In this document: piece after piece, positions 9,255 through 19,165 of the stretch | Numbering within the stretch: the stretch's first letter is position 1 | Layout of the letters: each line of letters begins with the position of its first letter | Source: Candidatus Iainarchaeum sp. | Lineage (GTDB): Archaea; Iainarchaeota; Iainarchaeia; Iainarchaeales; JAFCCJ01 | Assembly: GCA_043816965.1 (NCBI GenBank) | Contig: JBDRHK010000038.1 | Coordinates: 1-34,462 of the forward strand | Length of the DNA stretch: 34,462 nt | Direction of reading: 5' to 3' | Made by a program: the position numbers and the translations under genes | Notes under the pieces: model-generated | What the model was told of the DNA's origin: nothing | Seen by the model: the letters and a program-made list of their open reading frames with translations, nothing else | The model's database searches: none

Positions 9255-11072
9255 ATGAAAATAGCAATTTTTTGGATTTTGTTGATTCTCCTTGCAGGGG
9301 CTGTTTACGCAGCACCAACAATTTCCTCTGCAACTGAAACATTTTCCCACGGCGACCCTGTTCTGATTTCAGGGAGCGGGTTTGGAATTAAGGATCCGGC
9401 ACCCCCGATAATTTGGGACGATTTCGAGATAAAGGGAAACGAAAATTTGCCACAGGTCGGTGATTTGCTGAGTGAGAGTCCGATTGGATGGGATCTTTTT
9501 ATAGGCGGCCCAAGTGGCATGGATCCTGCGGATGGGGTTTATCCAACATACTCAAATGTTGAAACAAGAAATAGCAATAGCCAGTTTAGCGGAATGATGA
9601 ATACTCCTAGTGCCCAATATGATTCTGCTGCTTATAAAAGTGGTATTGGAAATCTTCATGAAGTTTATGCTTCATATAATTTTTATGTTGAGCACATTTC
9701 TGGACCCCCTTCTACAAATATGAAAATGCTTAGATTAAATGCCGGTTACCAATCATGGAATACTGGTACTCCGAACATTAGCGTAACTCTGGGCATTAAT
9801 GCCGCTGCTAATCCTACTGGTTGTTATCAAAATGGGAAATGGGCTGTTCCTTGGGCAGAGGAGACTTGGTATAATTGGGAATATTATTTAAAGGTTTCTG
9901 AACCAGTTGGGACGGCCAATGGTGAGGCTGGTGTTTGGATAAACAATACTGAGTTTTGGCATGAAAATAATCTTATGACTATGTGTGATGAGGCAACCCA
10001 GTATCCTAGCGGGGAGTATGCTTACATTAACACTGTTACGCTTCCCTATTATGTAGCAAATTGTGATTGCGCATATTGTGATGCCAGTTGCTCTGATCCA
10101 GGGCCAAATGAATATAAGATATATTATGATGACGTTTATGTTGATAGTACAAGGGCGAGGGTTGAAATCGGTAATGAAGCAACATGGGCAGATTCAACTC
10201 ACAAGGAAATCCAAATTCCCTCCTCCTGGAGCAATGGCATAATAGAATTCACTGCAAATCAAGGGGCCTTTGGGGATGGAAATGCAGCATATTTGTTTGT
10301 TATTGATGAATTTGGGGAAATGAATGAAACTGGTTATCCAATTTCTTTCGGCGAAGCCCCTGCCTGCGGCGATGGGGATAATCGCCCATGCAGCACAGGG
10401 GAATACGGAATCTGCGCAGCAGGAACTGAAACCTGCTCAGCTGACGTTTGGGGAGAATGTGTAAGGACAAATGAACCAATTGCTGAGGTTTGCACCGGGG
10501 GTTTGGATGAGGACTGTGATGATTCAATCGATTGTGCAGATAGTGAAGATTGTGAGTTAGAACCTGTTTGCATAGTCTCAACATGTGATGATGAAACCAA
10601 TTACGGGGCATGTTCTCCAATCCAGCCACTTTTTTGTTCAGACGGGGAATTAATTGATGACTGTTCTGAATGCCAATGCCCGAATGAAACCGACACTTGC
10701 GAATCTGATGGGAGTTGCACAGTTTGCACTCCTGAGCAAGAAATCTGCGACAACGAAATCGATGACGATTGTGATACTCTTATTGATTGCTCTGACACGA
10801 ATGATTGTGAACTTGATGTTGCATGCGAAGTTCCAGAAATATGCTTAGTGGATTTTGCAGCATGCGAAATCTATGTTGAAGGAGGAACAGCTACCTGCAC
10901 TCAAACATGGCTGGAGTATGAATATAATTCTGATACTCCGCTGGACAACATTGTTACTAATGTTCCAGCAAACTATTCCCTAAATATTTTAGTTGAGAAC
11001 CTAACCCAGGAAACATCCCAGGAATTCATACAAATTAGCAGCAGCGAAGGGGTGCTGGAATTCAGCACATAA
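9255..11072 (+). CDS. Secreted Cys-rich modular protein A (split IPT/Ig-like scaffold, inserted jelly-roll-like domain, MopE-like D/C motifs)
   Basis: Signal peptide; PTISS...ISGSGFG and EIQIPSSW..G.I.FT.NQGAF...YLFV scaffold halves; EICDNEIDDDCD-type motifs. Confidence 0.8.
   Translation: MKIAIFWILLILLAGAVYAAPTISSATETFSHGDPVLISGSGFGIKDPAPPIIWDDFEIKGNENLPQVGDLLSESPIGWDLFIGGPSGMDPADGVYPTYSNVETRNSNSQFSGMMNTPSAQYDSAAYKSGIGNLHEVYASYNFYVEHISGPPSTNMKMLRLNAGYQSWNTGTPNISVTLGINAAANPTGCYQNGKWAVPWAEETWYNWEYYLKVSEPVGTANGEAGVWINNTEFWHENNLMTMCDEATQYPSGEYAYINTVTLPYYVANCDCAYCDASCSDPGPNEYKIYYDDVYVDSTRARVEIGNEATWADSTHKEIQIPSSWSNGIIEFTANQGAFGDGNAAYLFVIDEFGEMNETGYPISFGEAPACGDGDNRPCSTGEYGICAAGTETCSADVWGECVRTNEPIAEVCTGGLDEDCDDSIDCADSEDCELEPVCIVSTCDDETNYGACSPIQPLFCSDGELIDDCSECQCPNETDTCESDGSCTVCTPEQEICDNEIDDDCDTLIDCSDTNDCELDVACEVPEICLVDFAACEIYVEGGTATCTQTWLEYEYNSDTPLDNIVTNVPANYSLNILVENLTQETSQEFIQISSSEGVLEFST
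10741..11060 (+). repeat. Near-identical direct repeat of 12541-12860
   Basis: 13 mismatches in 320 nt by manual comparison, no indels, offset exactly 1800. Confidence 0.95.
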
Positions 11073-11105
11073 AGATAATATACTACATTACACTATCTAT
11101 TTACA

Positions 11106-12872
11106 ATGAAAAAGGCAATAATTATCGGAAGTATCTTAATTTTCCTCGCTATTTCAGCTTCAGCAGCACCAACAATTTCCTCCGCCCCGGAAACGGTTTC
11201 ACATGGCGACCCTGTTCTAATCTCAGGAACTGATTTCGGGATTAAAGATCCGGCCCCTCCTTTAATATATGATAATATGGAAACAGGGAGTTTTAATCCT
11301 GCTTGGGGAAATACGCATAATCTACAAATTACTGCTAATGATAACAGACATGGTTTTTCTTCTTATAATGCTCTTAATGATTATAGTGTTGTTGTGTGTA
11401 ACGAAGCGGATTGTTATGCGATTGGTTCATATGGATTTTTTGCTGCTCCAGCAAGTATGGCCGATACTAAATTTTTTGTCCAGTACTGGTTTAATTTAGA
11501 TGATACCTGGGAGTGGCAGACAGGTGTTGATATGCCTCCCATGTCAAATATTAAATTCTTTAGGATGTGGCCGGAGACAGGGGGTCCTTATCCAAATTTT
11601 GCCGCAGTATATCATACCTTTGCGGGGCAGAACCGGACAGCATTTGGATCTGAAGGTATTGATCCGAGACAGGGGATAATATTTGATGATCCTCCCCCAT
11701 TAAGCATTGAAAAAGAAGTTTGGCATTCCCAGCAATTTGAGTTTGCAGAAAGTGATATTGATGTAGGAAATGGAGAATTTCGCTATTGGTATGATGGGGA
11801 TCTTAAAGCTGATACTGCGAATCTTATTACAAGAACCACAGAGCTTCCACAATTAAAGTTCCCATATATTGCAGGAGGATGGTTTAATTCCTGGGGCCCA
11901 ACCCCTAATCCGGTTTATATGAATATTGATGAGGTTTATGTTGACAATACCTGGGCAAGGATTGAAATAGGGAATTCTCCAAGTTTTAATTCCAGCACCC
12001 ACCGCGAAATCCAAATCCCCTCCTCATGGAACGATGGCATAATCGAATTTACCGTTAACCAAGGAGCCTTTACAGAGGGACAGGATGCATACCTCTTTGT
12101 TATAGACGAATTTGGTGAAGCAAATGAAACCGGTTATCCAATTTCCTTCGGCGAAGCCCCTGCCTGCAGCGATGGGGAGGATCGCCCATGTGACACTGGG
12201 GAATTTGGAATCTGCTCCGCAGGATTGGAAACCTGCTCAGCTGAAGTTTGGGGGGTGTGTGTAAGGACAAATGACCCGGTTGCAGAAATTTGTGATAATG
12301 GAGAGGATGACGACTGCGACAATTTAACTAATTGCAGCGATACTGAGGATTGTGAATTAAATCCTGTTTGCATTGTCCCAACATGTGCTGATGGAACTGA
12401 ATATGGGGCATGTTCTTCCCCTCAACCACTTTTTTGTTCAGACGGGGAACTAATTGATGACTGCTCTGAATGTGAATGCCCGAACGAAACTGATGCTTGC
12501 GAACCCGATGGGAGCTGCACAGCCTGCACCCCTGAACCAGAAATCTGCGATAACGAAATCGATGACGATTGTGATACTCTTATTGATTGCTCTGACACGA
12601 ATGATTGTGAGCTTGATGTTGCATGCGAAGCTCCGGAAATATGCTTAGTGGATTTCGCAGCATGCGAAATCTATGTTGAAGGAGGAACAGCTACCTGCAC
12701 TCAAACATGGCTGGAGTATGAATACGATTCTGATACTCCGCTGGACAACATTGTTACCAATGTTCCAGCAAACTATCCCTTAAATATTTTAGTTGAGAAC
12801 CTAACCCAGGAAACATCCAATGAATTCATACAAATTAGCAGCAGTGAAGGGGTGCTGGAATTTAGTTCGTAA
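11106..12872 (+). CDS. Secreted Cys-rich modular protein B (paralogue of A with a different inserted domain)
   Basis: Same N-terminus and C-terminal half as A; central ~230 aa strongly diverged. Confidence 0.8.
   Translation: MKKAIIIGSILIFLAISASAAPTISSAPETVSHGDPVLISGTDFGIKDPAPPLIYDNMETGSFNPAWGNTHNLQITANDNRHGFSSYNALNDYSVVVCNEADCYAIGSYGFFAAPASMADTKFFVQYWFNLDDTWEWQTGVDMPPMSNIKFFRMWPETGGPYPNFAAVYHTFAGQNRTAFGSEGIDPRQGIIFDDPPPLSIEKEVWHSQQFEFAESDIDVGNGEFRYWYDGDLKADTANLITRTTELPQLKFPYIAGGWFNSWGPTPNPVYMNIDEVYVDNTWARIEIGNSPSFNSSTHREIQIPSSWNDGIIEFTVNQGAFTEGQDAYLFVIDEFGEANETGYPISFGEAPACSDGEDRPCDTGEFGICSAGLETCSAEVWGVCVRTNDPVAEICDNGEDDDCDNLTNCSDTEDCELNPVCIVPTCADGTEYGACSSPQPLFCSDGELIDDCSECECPNETDACEPDGSCTACTPEPEICDNEIDDDCDTLIDCSDTNDCELDVACEAPEICLVDFAACEIYVEGGTATCTQTWLEYEYDSDTPLDNIVTNVPANYPLNILVENLTQETSNEFIQISSSEGVLEFSS
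12541..12860 (+). repeat. Second copy of the 320-nt repeat
   Basis: About 96% identical to 10741-11060. Confidence 0.95.
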
Positions 12873-12899
12873 CGTCAAAATCTCCCTTAAACACTATAA

Positions 12900-12930
12900 T
12901 TATATATACTAGAAAAGCCTATTTTTAGCG
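12900..12930 (+). promoter_or_regulatory. TATA/leader copy 2
   Basis: TTATATATACTAGAAAAGCCTATTTTTAGCG directly before the ATG. Confidence 0.6.
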
Positions 12931-15684
12931 ATGAAAAGGTTAATTTCCCCGGCAATTTTATTATTTCTATTAGTTAGCTCTGTTTACGCAGCACCAACAA
13001 TTTCCTCAGCTCCTGAAACATTTTCCCACGGTGACCCTGTTACAATATCGGGGAGTGGTTTTGGAATTAAAGAACCAGCCGCCCCATTAATCTGGGACGA
13101 TTTTGAGCTTACGGTTAGTGGCGTTCCTGCTGAAGGGGAGCTGTTAGACCAGAGCCCTGTTGGCTGGGACGTTACTGTAGGAACTAATAATGCATTATAT
13201 GCTGAATTTCCCTCATATTCAAGCGAAGTTACACGCTCAAATAACAGCGAGTTCAGTGGCATGATGAACACCCCCGGCACCCAATGGAACTCCATGGCAT
13301 ACATCGTCGGGCTCGGGCACCAGCACGAAATTTATGCCTCATATAATTTTTACATTGACCATATTTCAGGCCCGGATTCCACCAATATGAAGATGATGCG
13401 GCTTATTGGGGCAGAGTATAATGGTGCCGTACATAATGAGTATGGCGAGCCAAGCATTAGTGTTACTCTGGGAATCAATGCCTTTGCCGTGAATCCAGGT
13501 TCTGGCAGTTACCTTGGTTTGTGGGGAATCACGGCGGAAAAGGACCGATGGTACAACTGGGAATATTATTACAGGGCCTCTGAACCAATTGATGCCCCGA
13601 ATGGAGAATATGGATTTTGGGTTGATGGAAGTATGTTTACCGAGGCCTCCAATGTTGTGACAATGGACAGCGGAGCTTCCCAATTAGGCGGGGAGTACCA
13701 GTACATTAACGGGATAGTTCTGCCTTTTTATGCCTCTAATTGCGATTGCGCTTATTGCACCCCTGAACAGTGCGATGACCCAGGGCCAAACGAGTTCAAA
13801 ATTTACTATGATGATGTTTATGTGGATATCACCAAGGCAAGGGTTATGTTGTGTGATTCTTCCTCATGGGGTGCAAGAAGCCACTGCGAAGTACAAATCC
13901 CCTTTTCGTGGAATGATGGCTCAATCCAGTTCACAGCAAATCAAGGGAGTTTCGGTGATAGTACAGATGCATTCCTTTATGTTGTTGATGAGTTTGGGGA
14001 GGCGAATGAATTTGGCCATTCAATTTCATTCGGAGAAGCCCCGCCTTGCGTTCCTTCTGCAGAAATCTGCAACAACGGAACAGATGAAGATTGCGATTCA
14101 CTGGTTGACTGCAACGATCCAACTTGTGATGGCAATCCTGCGTGCCCTATCTGCACACCAACAACAGAAATCTGCGGCGATGGAATAGACCAGGACTGTG
14201 ATGAGGAAGATATAATGTGCGCAATATGCAGCGAAGGGGCAATAACTGAAAGGTGTATTTGTGGCGGCAGCATTTATGAAAGCGGTTATTGCTGCAACGG
14301 CACCAGGCAGGCAAGCCCATGCGCGGCAGGAAGATGCGACGAGTCAACAATTATTTCCTTGTTGGGTGGAACAGGCTTCACGCTCACCCCACTAACCTCC
14401 TCGGGAAATTTAATGTGCGGGGGAATAACCAGTGAAGCAGCACCGCGAATTTTGATGAGAGGCAGTTCAGGGGATGTTTCACAGGAATTTAGTTATGAAT
14501 ACGATTCTGAGGTTTCGGTTCAAAATAATGTCATTGAATTGCTTCCTTCCCTAGATTACACAATTTCAATACATAATGTAAATAATGGCCAGTCAGCAAT
14601 CCAATCCCTGCAAACTGATTCCTCGGGAAATTTAAATTTCGATGTCGAACCTATTGGAGACCCGCCGGCTGGAACTCCGCAAATAAATTCAGCCCCTTCT
14701 GCAATTACTGACAATTCCTCAGTTACAATTTCAGGAATTAATTTTGGAACAAAAGCGCAGGCCGCGCCCTTAAAATGGGATGATTTTGACCAGCCGGAAA
14801 ATAATCCGGGAGATGTGATTTCAAACTGGTATTATCTTTCATCCCCTCCTTTTTATGCACCGCATTATAATTCTGATAATTCCCTGCCTGGAAGCGATAA
14901 ACATATGCGGTGTGATTTCGGCGATATGGGCTATGGTTGTGATTTCTCTTATGACCATCAGGCAACCTTTTCCCCGGTTTATTTGACCTTTTGGTTCAAG
15001 CGCTCAAATCCCGGGGGAATCGTAACTGATAATGAAAAATATTTTAGGATTACACGAACGCCGGATGATGGTGTGGGAACTGGGCCATCTGTTGGCCATA
15101 GTTTTATTGGAACCACTCCCGGAACCCCGACAACAGGTGTGAAAGGCGGGAATGGTGGCGGGGACTGGATGGATGCCGGAAGATGGTGGGATACAAGCAC
15201 ATATGCTTTGAATACCTGGCACAGGTTTGAGGGATATTATGTGGAATCAAATCCTATTGGGGCTCAGAATGGTATTCTGAAGGAATGGTTTCAGGATGGG
15301 GGAATTGGAAACACCTTTGATGTAATTTTGGACCAGGTAATTATTACTAATGAGCCTCCGAGCACTGATCACTGGAGAGGGATTATATTTGGAAAATATG
15401 TAAGGCGGGGGTTGACTTATTTGGCCCCTGTTCCTGGATTCCACCTTACCCATGACTTTGACCAGATTTACATAGACAACACCCAGGCAAGGGTTGAAAT
15501 CAGTGACAATCCTAATTGGTTAGCCTCAACCCACCGCGAAATCCAAATCCCCTCCTCCTGGAGCAGTGGCTCAATCCAGTTCACAGCAAACCAGGGCGCA
15601 TTCACCAGCGGGACAAACCTCTACCTATTTGTAATCAACGCTGACGGAACAGTCAGCAACGGCTATCCTGTGAGTTTCTCCTGA
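12931..15684 (+). CDS. Secreted Cys-rich modular protein C (two scaffold-plus-insert modules)
   Basis: First module homologous to A; Cys-rich linker; second module from PQINSAP...ISGINFG to EIQIPSSW...GYPVSFS. Confidence 0.8.
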   Translation: MKRLISPAILLFLLVSSVYAAPTISSAPETFSHGDPVTISGSGFGIKEPAAPLIWDDFELTVSGVPAEGELLDQSPVGWDVTVGTNNALYAEFPSYSSEVTRSNNSEFSGMMNTPGTQWNSMAYIVGLGHQHEIYASYNFYIDHISGPDSTNMKMMRLIGAEYNGAVHNEYGEPSISVTLGINAFAVNPGSGSYLGLWGITAEKDRWYNWEYYYRASEPIDAPNGEYGFWVDGSMFTEASNVVTMDSGASQLGGEYQYINGIVLPFYASNCDCAYCTPEQCDDPGPNEFKIYYDDVYVDITKARVMLCDSSSWGARSHCEVQIPFSWNDGSIQFTANQGSFGDSTDAFLYVVDEFGEANEFGHSISFGEAPPCVPSAEICNNGTDEDCDSLVDCNDPTCDGNPACPICTPTTEICGDGIDQDCDEEDIMCAICSEGAITERCICGGSIYESGYCCNGTRQASPCAAGRCDESTIISLLGGTGFTLTPLTSSGNLMCGGITSEAAPRILMRGSSGDVSQEFSYEYDSEVSVQNNVIELLPSLDYTISIHNVNNGQSAIQSLQTDSSGNLNFDVEPIGDPPAGTPQINSAPSAITDNSSVTISGINFGTKAQAAPLKWDDFDQPENNPGDVISNWYYLSSPPFYAPHYNSDNSLPGSDKHMRCDFGDMGYGCDFSYDHQATFSPVYLTFWFKRSNPGGIVTDNEKYFRITRTPDDGVGTGPSVGHSFIGTTPGTPTTGVKGGNGGGDWMDAGRWWDTSTYALNTWHRFEGYYVESNPIGAQNGILKEWFQDGGIGNTFDVILDQVIITNEPPSTDHWRGIIFGKYVRRGLTYLAPVPGFHLTHDFDQIYIDNTQARVEISDNPNWLASTHREIQIPSSWSSGSIQFTANQGAFTSGTNLYLFVINADGTVSNGYPVSFS

Positions 15685-15692
15685 AGCACTAA

Positions 15693-15724
15693 TTATATAT
15701 AGCAGAAAAGCCTATTATTTAGCA
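15693..15724 (+). promoter_or_regulatory. TATA/leader copy 3
   Basis: TTATATATAGCAGAAAAGCCTATTATTTAGCA directly before the ATG. Confidence 0.6.
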
Positions 15725-18700
15725 ATGAAACCGATTATTTTCTCGGTAATTTTACTTATCTTTCTAACAAGCCTTGGCTCTGCCGCAATTATAGTGGACC
15801 ATACAATTATTGAGGAATTTGATTCAATACCTAATTCGGTTTTTACAGATCTCAAAAACGATCACAGGATTTATTATGGCCATACCTCTCATGGGGAGCA
15901 GCCACAGCAAGGCTGGGATATGTTAATTGACAAGTATCCTACTAAAGATCTAAGTTATACACTATATGAAGGATATGGATGGGGTGCCAGTAATGATAAT
16001 GCTGGTGATCCTCAATACTTTATTTGGTGGAGGGCTGGTGATTTAGGAAATCCGGATTTTGTTGCATGGGAGGGTTTTACTAGGACTTTTTTAAACAATG
16101 CCGGGACCCCTGATAATCCCGGGCCCGATACCAGGGATATTGTTATATGGTCCTGGTGCGGGGAGGTATCTACTGCAACTGAAGCCCAGATTGCTAATTA
16201 TCTTAGTTTAATGAATGGTCTTGAGCAAGACTATCCTGATGTTTCTTTTGTTTATATGACTGGGCATTTAGATGGGACCGGAGAAACTGGTAACTTGCAT
16301 CTTAGGAATGAGCAAATTAGAAATTATGCTCTTGCTAATAATAAGATCCTTTATGATTTTGCAGATATTGAAAGTTATGGCCCTGACGGAAGTTATTATG
16401 TAGATAGAAGCGGAGGATGTGCATATACAAATGGTTGTTTGTACAGACCAGACGGAGGTCTATGTAATGGTAACTGGTGTAATGAATGGTGCACTGCAAA
16501 TCCTGGGGAGTGTCCTACTTGTGAAGAATGTGCTCATTCTCAGTGTTTTAATTGTTATCTAAAAGGCAAGGCATTCTGGTGGCTGCTGGCAAAGATTGCT
16601 GGCTGGCCAGGGCCCTCAGGAACTTGTCCTAACAGCATATGTGCGGTTGATGAGGCATGCTCTTTGGATTGTTCAACAGAACAGTATTGCTCTGATTCCG
16701 CAGATAACGATCAAGATGGTTGCCTTAATTCAGCAGATTCTGATTGCGGTGGAACTGAAACAGTTTGTGATGATGAGATTGATAATGATTGTGATGGTTT
16801 AGTGGATTGTGATGATTCGGATTGCGATTCTGATCCTGCTTGTGAAACCTGTACACCAGAATCAGAAATTTGCGGAGATGGCATTGATCAAGATTGCGAT
16901 AGTGAAGATTTAACCTGCCCCCTATGTGATGAAGGTGAAATAACTGAAAGATGCGATTGCGGAAGGACTCCATATGAAACCGGTTACTGCTGTTCCGGAA
17001 CCCATCAAACCACCCCTTGCACACCTCCTGGAAGATGCGATCAAGAAACAATTGAAGCATTATTAGGCGTTCCTGTAATTTATGTAATGGAATCTGAGGA
17101 TGGCTTAATGTGCGGAGGACTTACTGATGAATCTCCTCCAAGAATTTTGATGAGAGGAAAAACCGGGGAAGTGGGGATGGCGTTTATTTACGAATATGAT
17201 TCGCCTGTTGCTGCACAAAACATTATTGAGGATTTGACTCCCTCAAAGGATTACGATATTATTATTGAAAATTTAACAAGCTCGGAATCCAGTGAAATTT
17301 CTGCTACAACTGATTCATCAGGGAGCTTAAGTTTCCTGGCGGAGGTTGGGGGAGTAATTCCATCAGGATGCGGAAATGGAATAATGGAAATTGGGGAGCA
17401 GTGCGAGGACGGTAATTCAGATCCAAATGACGGCTGCAATAACTGCCTGTTTGCAATGCCAACTTCAGGAACCATTTACTATGTCGATATTGATTCAATT
17501 GGAGGAACTTGTTCTGATAATGCAAACTCAGGAACAAGAACTGAACCTTGGTGCACCATACAGCACGCGATGGGGATTGTTGATGCAGGGGAAGCAGTTA
17601 TTATCAGGCAGGGGACTTATGCACTTCCAGAGCCGGCGCAATGCAATAGCCCTTTCGGATATGGTCCCTCAACATACCCTGCAAATAATGGTGCTGCAGG
17701 AAACCCGATATTAATTATGGGCTATCTTGGTGAGAGGGTTGTTATCACTAATCAAACTGCAACTTGCTGCCCTGTTATCGGAACCCATGGGAACAGCTAT
17801 GTTACTGTACAGGGCGTTGTGATTCATGAAGCCTCAATTCTTGCCAGGGGTGATAACCTCATAGTTCGGGGAAATGAGATTATTGGTGGTGACTGGTCAA
17901 CTGGTTGCGCTAACAACAATGGCGGAATTTGGGTTAATCCCGCAACAAATAGCCTGATTCAGGGAAATGTTATTCATGGCTTTAACACCTATCACGATAC
18001 TGGTTGCCCTGAATGTAATAATGGAATACTGACAGGTTCTGCGGGAGGTTCTCTTCAGGAAAATAATGTTTATGAGAATAATGAAATTTATGACAGTGTT
18101 CGAGGAATAATGGTAAAATGGGCCACTACAGGTCCTACTCATATTAGGAGAAATTATATTCACGATGTTTTGGAGTCTGGAATTGTTTTAGGCCTTGGAG
18201 ATGATCTTATTGTTTATGAAAATATAGTTGAGAATTCCTCCGGAGCAGTATTCCTGATAAGGGGAACAAACAACGATCAAATTTACAACAATACTTTTGT
18301 CAACCCAAGCAGTATTGGATTCCATTATTATCTATTGGGTGAAGACGGCTTTCCTGAAGATACAGATATTTGGAACAATATTGTCCAAAATACTGGTTAT
18401 GCTTTCAGGTGCAGGGAAGGGCCAGTATTTCCTGAATGCATTTGGCACAGATATTCCAATTATAATCTATACAATGGTTACACTACTTTCTCCCAATTGA
18501 ATTATCAGACACATGCAGCAACATTTGATATCTGGAAAAGTTCACGTTATCCGGATGATGAGTTTTCAATTGAAGGAGACCCGCAATTTTCGGATTCCTC
18601 CTATCACCTTTCCTCAAGTTCGCCGGCAAAGGGAAAAGGAAGAGATGGGGAAGATATTGGGGCCTATCCTAGGGGAACTGATAACACACTAATTGGAGCT

Positions 18701-18727
18701 CCAAATTTGCCAATCCCTCCGGCGTAA
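15725..18727 (+). CDS. Secreted Cys-rich modular protein D (YGHTSHG domain, MopE-like and myxococcal Cys repeats, C-terminal right-handed beta-helix)
   Basis: Signal peptide; CGNGIMEIGEQCEDGN...DGC repeat; YYVD...G...EPWCTIQHA....AGE.V.IRQGTY followed by I.NN.I repeats of pectin-lyase-like folds; linker shared with C. Confidence 0.8.
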   Translation: MKPIIFSVILLIFLTSLGSAAIIVDHTIIEEFDSIPNSVFTDLKNDHRIYYGHTSHGEQPQQGWDMLIDKYPTKDLSYTLYEGYGWGASNDNAGDPQYFIWWRAGDLGNPDFVAWEGFTRTFLNNAGTPDNPGPDTRDIVIWSWCGEVSTATEAQIANYLSLMNGLEQDYPDVSFVYMTGHLDGTGETGNLHLRNEQIRNYALANNKILYDFADIESYGPDGSYYVDRSGGCAYTNGCLYRPDGGLCNGNWCNEWCTANPGECPTCEECAHSQCFNCYLKGKAFWWLLAKIAGWPGPSGTCPNSICAVDEACSLDCSTEQYCSDSADNDQDGCLNSADSDCGGTETVCDDEIDNDCDGLVDCDDSDCDSDPACETCTPESEICGDGIDQDCDSEDLTCPLCDEGEITERCDCGRTPYETGYCCSGTHQTTPCTPPGRCDQETIEALLGVPVIYVMESEDGLMCGGLTDESPPRILMRGKTGEVGMAFIYEYDSPVAAQNIIEDLTPSKDYDIIIENLTSSESSEISATTDSSGSLSFLAEVGGVIPSGCGNGIMEIGEQCEDGNSDPNDGCNNCLFAMPTSGTIYYVDIDSIGGTCSDNANSGTRTEPWCTIQHAMGIVDAGEAVIIRQGTYALPEPAQCNSPFGYGPSTYPANNGAAGNPILIMGYLGERVVITNQTATCCPVIGTHGNSYVTVQGVVIHEASILARGDNLIVRGNEIIGGDWSTGCANNNGGIWVNPATNSLIQGNVIHGFNTYHDTGCPECNNGILTGSAGGSLQENNVYENNEIYDSVRGIMVKWATTGPTHIRRNYIHDVLESGIVLGLGDDLIVYENIVENSSGAVFLIRGTNNDQIYNNTFVNPSSIGFHYYLLGEDGFPEDTDIWNNIVQNTGYAFRCREGPVFPECIWHRYSNYNLYNGYTTFSQLNYQTHAATFDIWKSSRYPDDEFSIEGDPQFSDSSYHLSSSSPAKGKGRDGEDIGAYPRGTDNTLIGAPNLPIPPA

Positions 18728-18742
18728 TCTGCCTTTTTCCGA

Positions 18743-18760
18743 TAGTGACATATGTCACTA
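18743..18760. promoter_or_regulatory. Perfect 18-bp palindrome, candidate operator
   Basis: TAGTGACATATGTCACTA, 45 nt upstream of the next ORF. Confidence 0.55.
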
Positions 18761-18805
18761 AACCCCCTTATTCCTCCTCAGCAGCAATCCTTACAGGTGC
18801 AATGA

Positions 18806-19165
18806 ATGCTGATGGAAACACTTTACAATGCAATGAATCTCAACCTTGGCTGGTTTGTTGAGCTGATACTCGGCAATCTATTTTTCTCATTTGGCTTCCT
18901 TGCGATGATGTATTACTTCTTCGAGGGGAAGAAATTGCTGCGCACCACGGCATTAATCACCCTCATCCTTTTCGCGGTTCCTGATTTTGAGAAAGTAACT
19001 GGATTTGTAATTATAGTTCCCGCATTCCTCGCAATCCATTACATAGCAAAATTAGCGGTTTTGAAATTCGCAGAAACAGTTCCCGGGCTGGAGAAATGGA
19101 TGATGGTTGTTAACAACCTTGAATTGATATTGGCCTTCTTTTTCTTCAACCTTTTCCTTGCGTGA
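18806..19165 (+). CDS. Hypothetical multi-pass membrane protein
   Basis: 119 aa, about four hydrophobic segments. Confidence 0.7.
   Translation: MLMETLYNAMNLNLGWFVELILGNLFFSFGFLAMMYYFFEGKKLLRTTALITLILFAVPDFEKVTGFVIIVPAFLAIHYIAKLAVLKFAETVPGLEKWMMVVNNLELILAFFFFNLFLA

Noticed and set aside
9102..9350. N-terminal extension of the HTH_10 ORF (similar extensions on mazF, apt, rmlB, 26955 and 27730 ORFs)
   Set aside because: They overlap neighbouring genes or promoters; downstream ATGs match family starts.
10741..12860. Possible DGR template/variable repeat pair
   Set aside because: Mismatches are mostly C/T and not adenine-specific, both copies are coding, and no reverse transcriptase is present.
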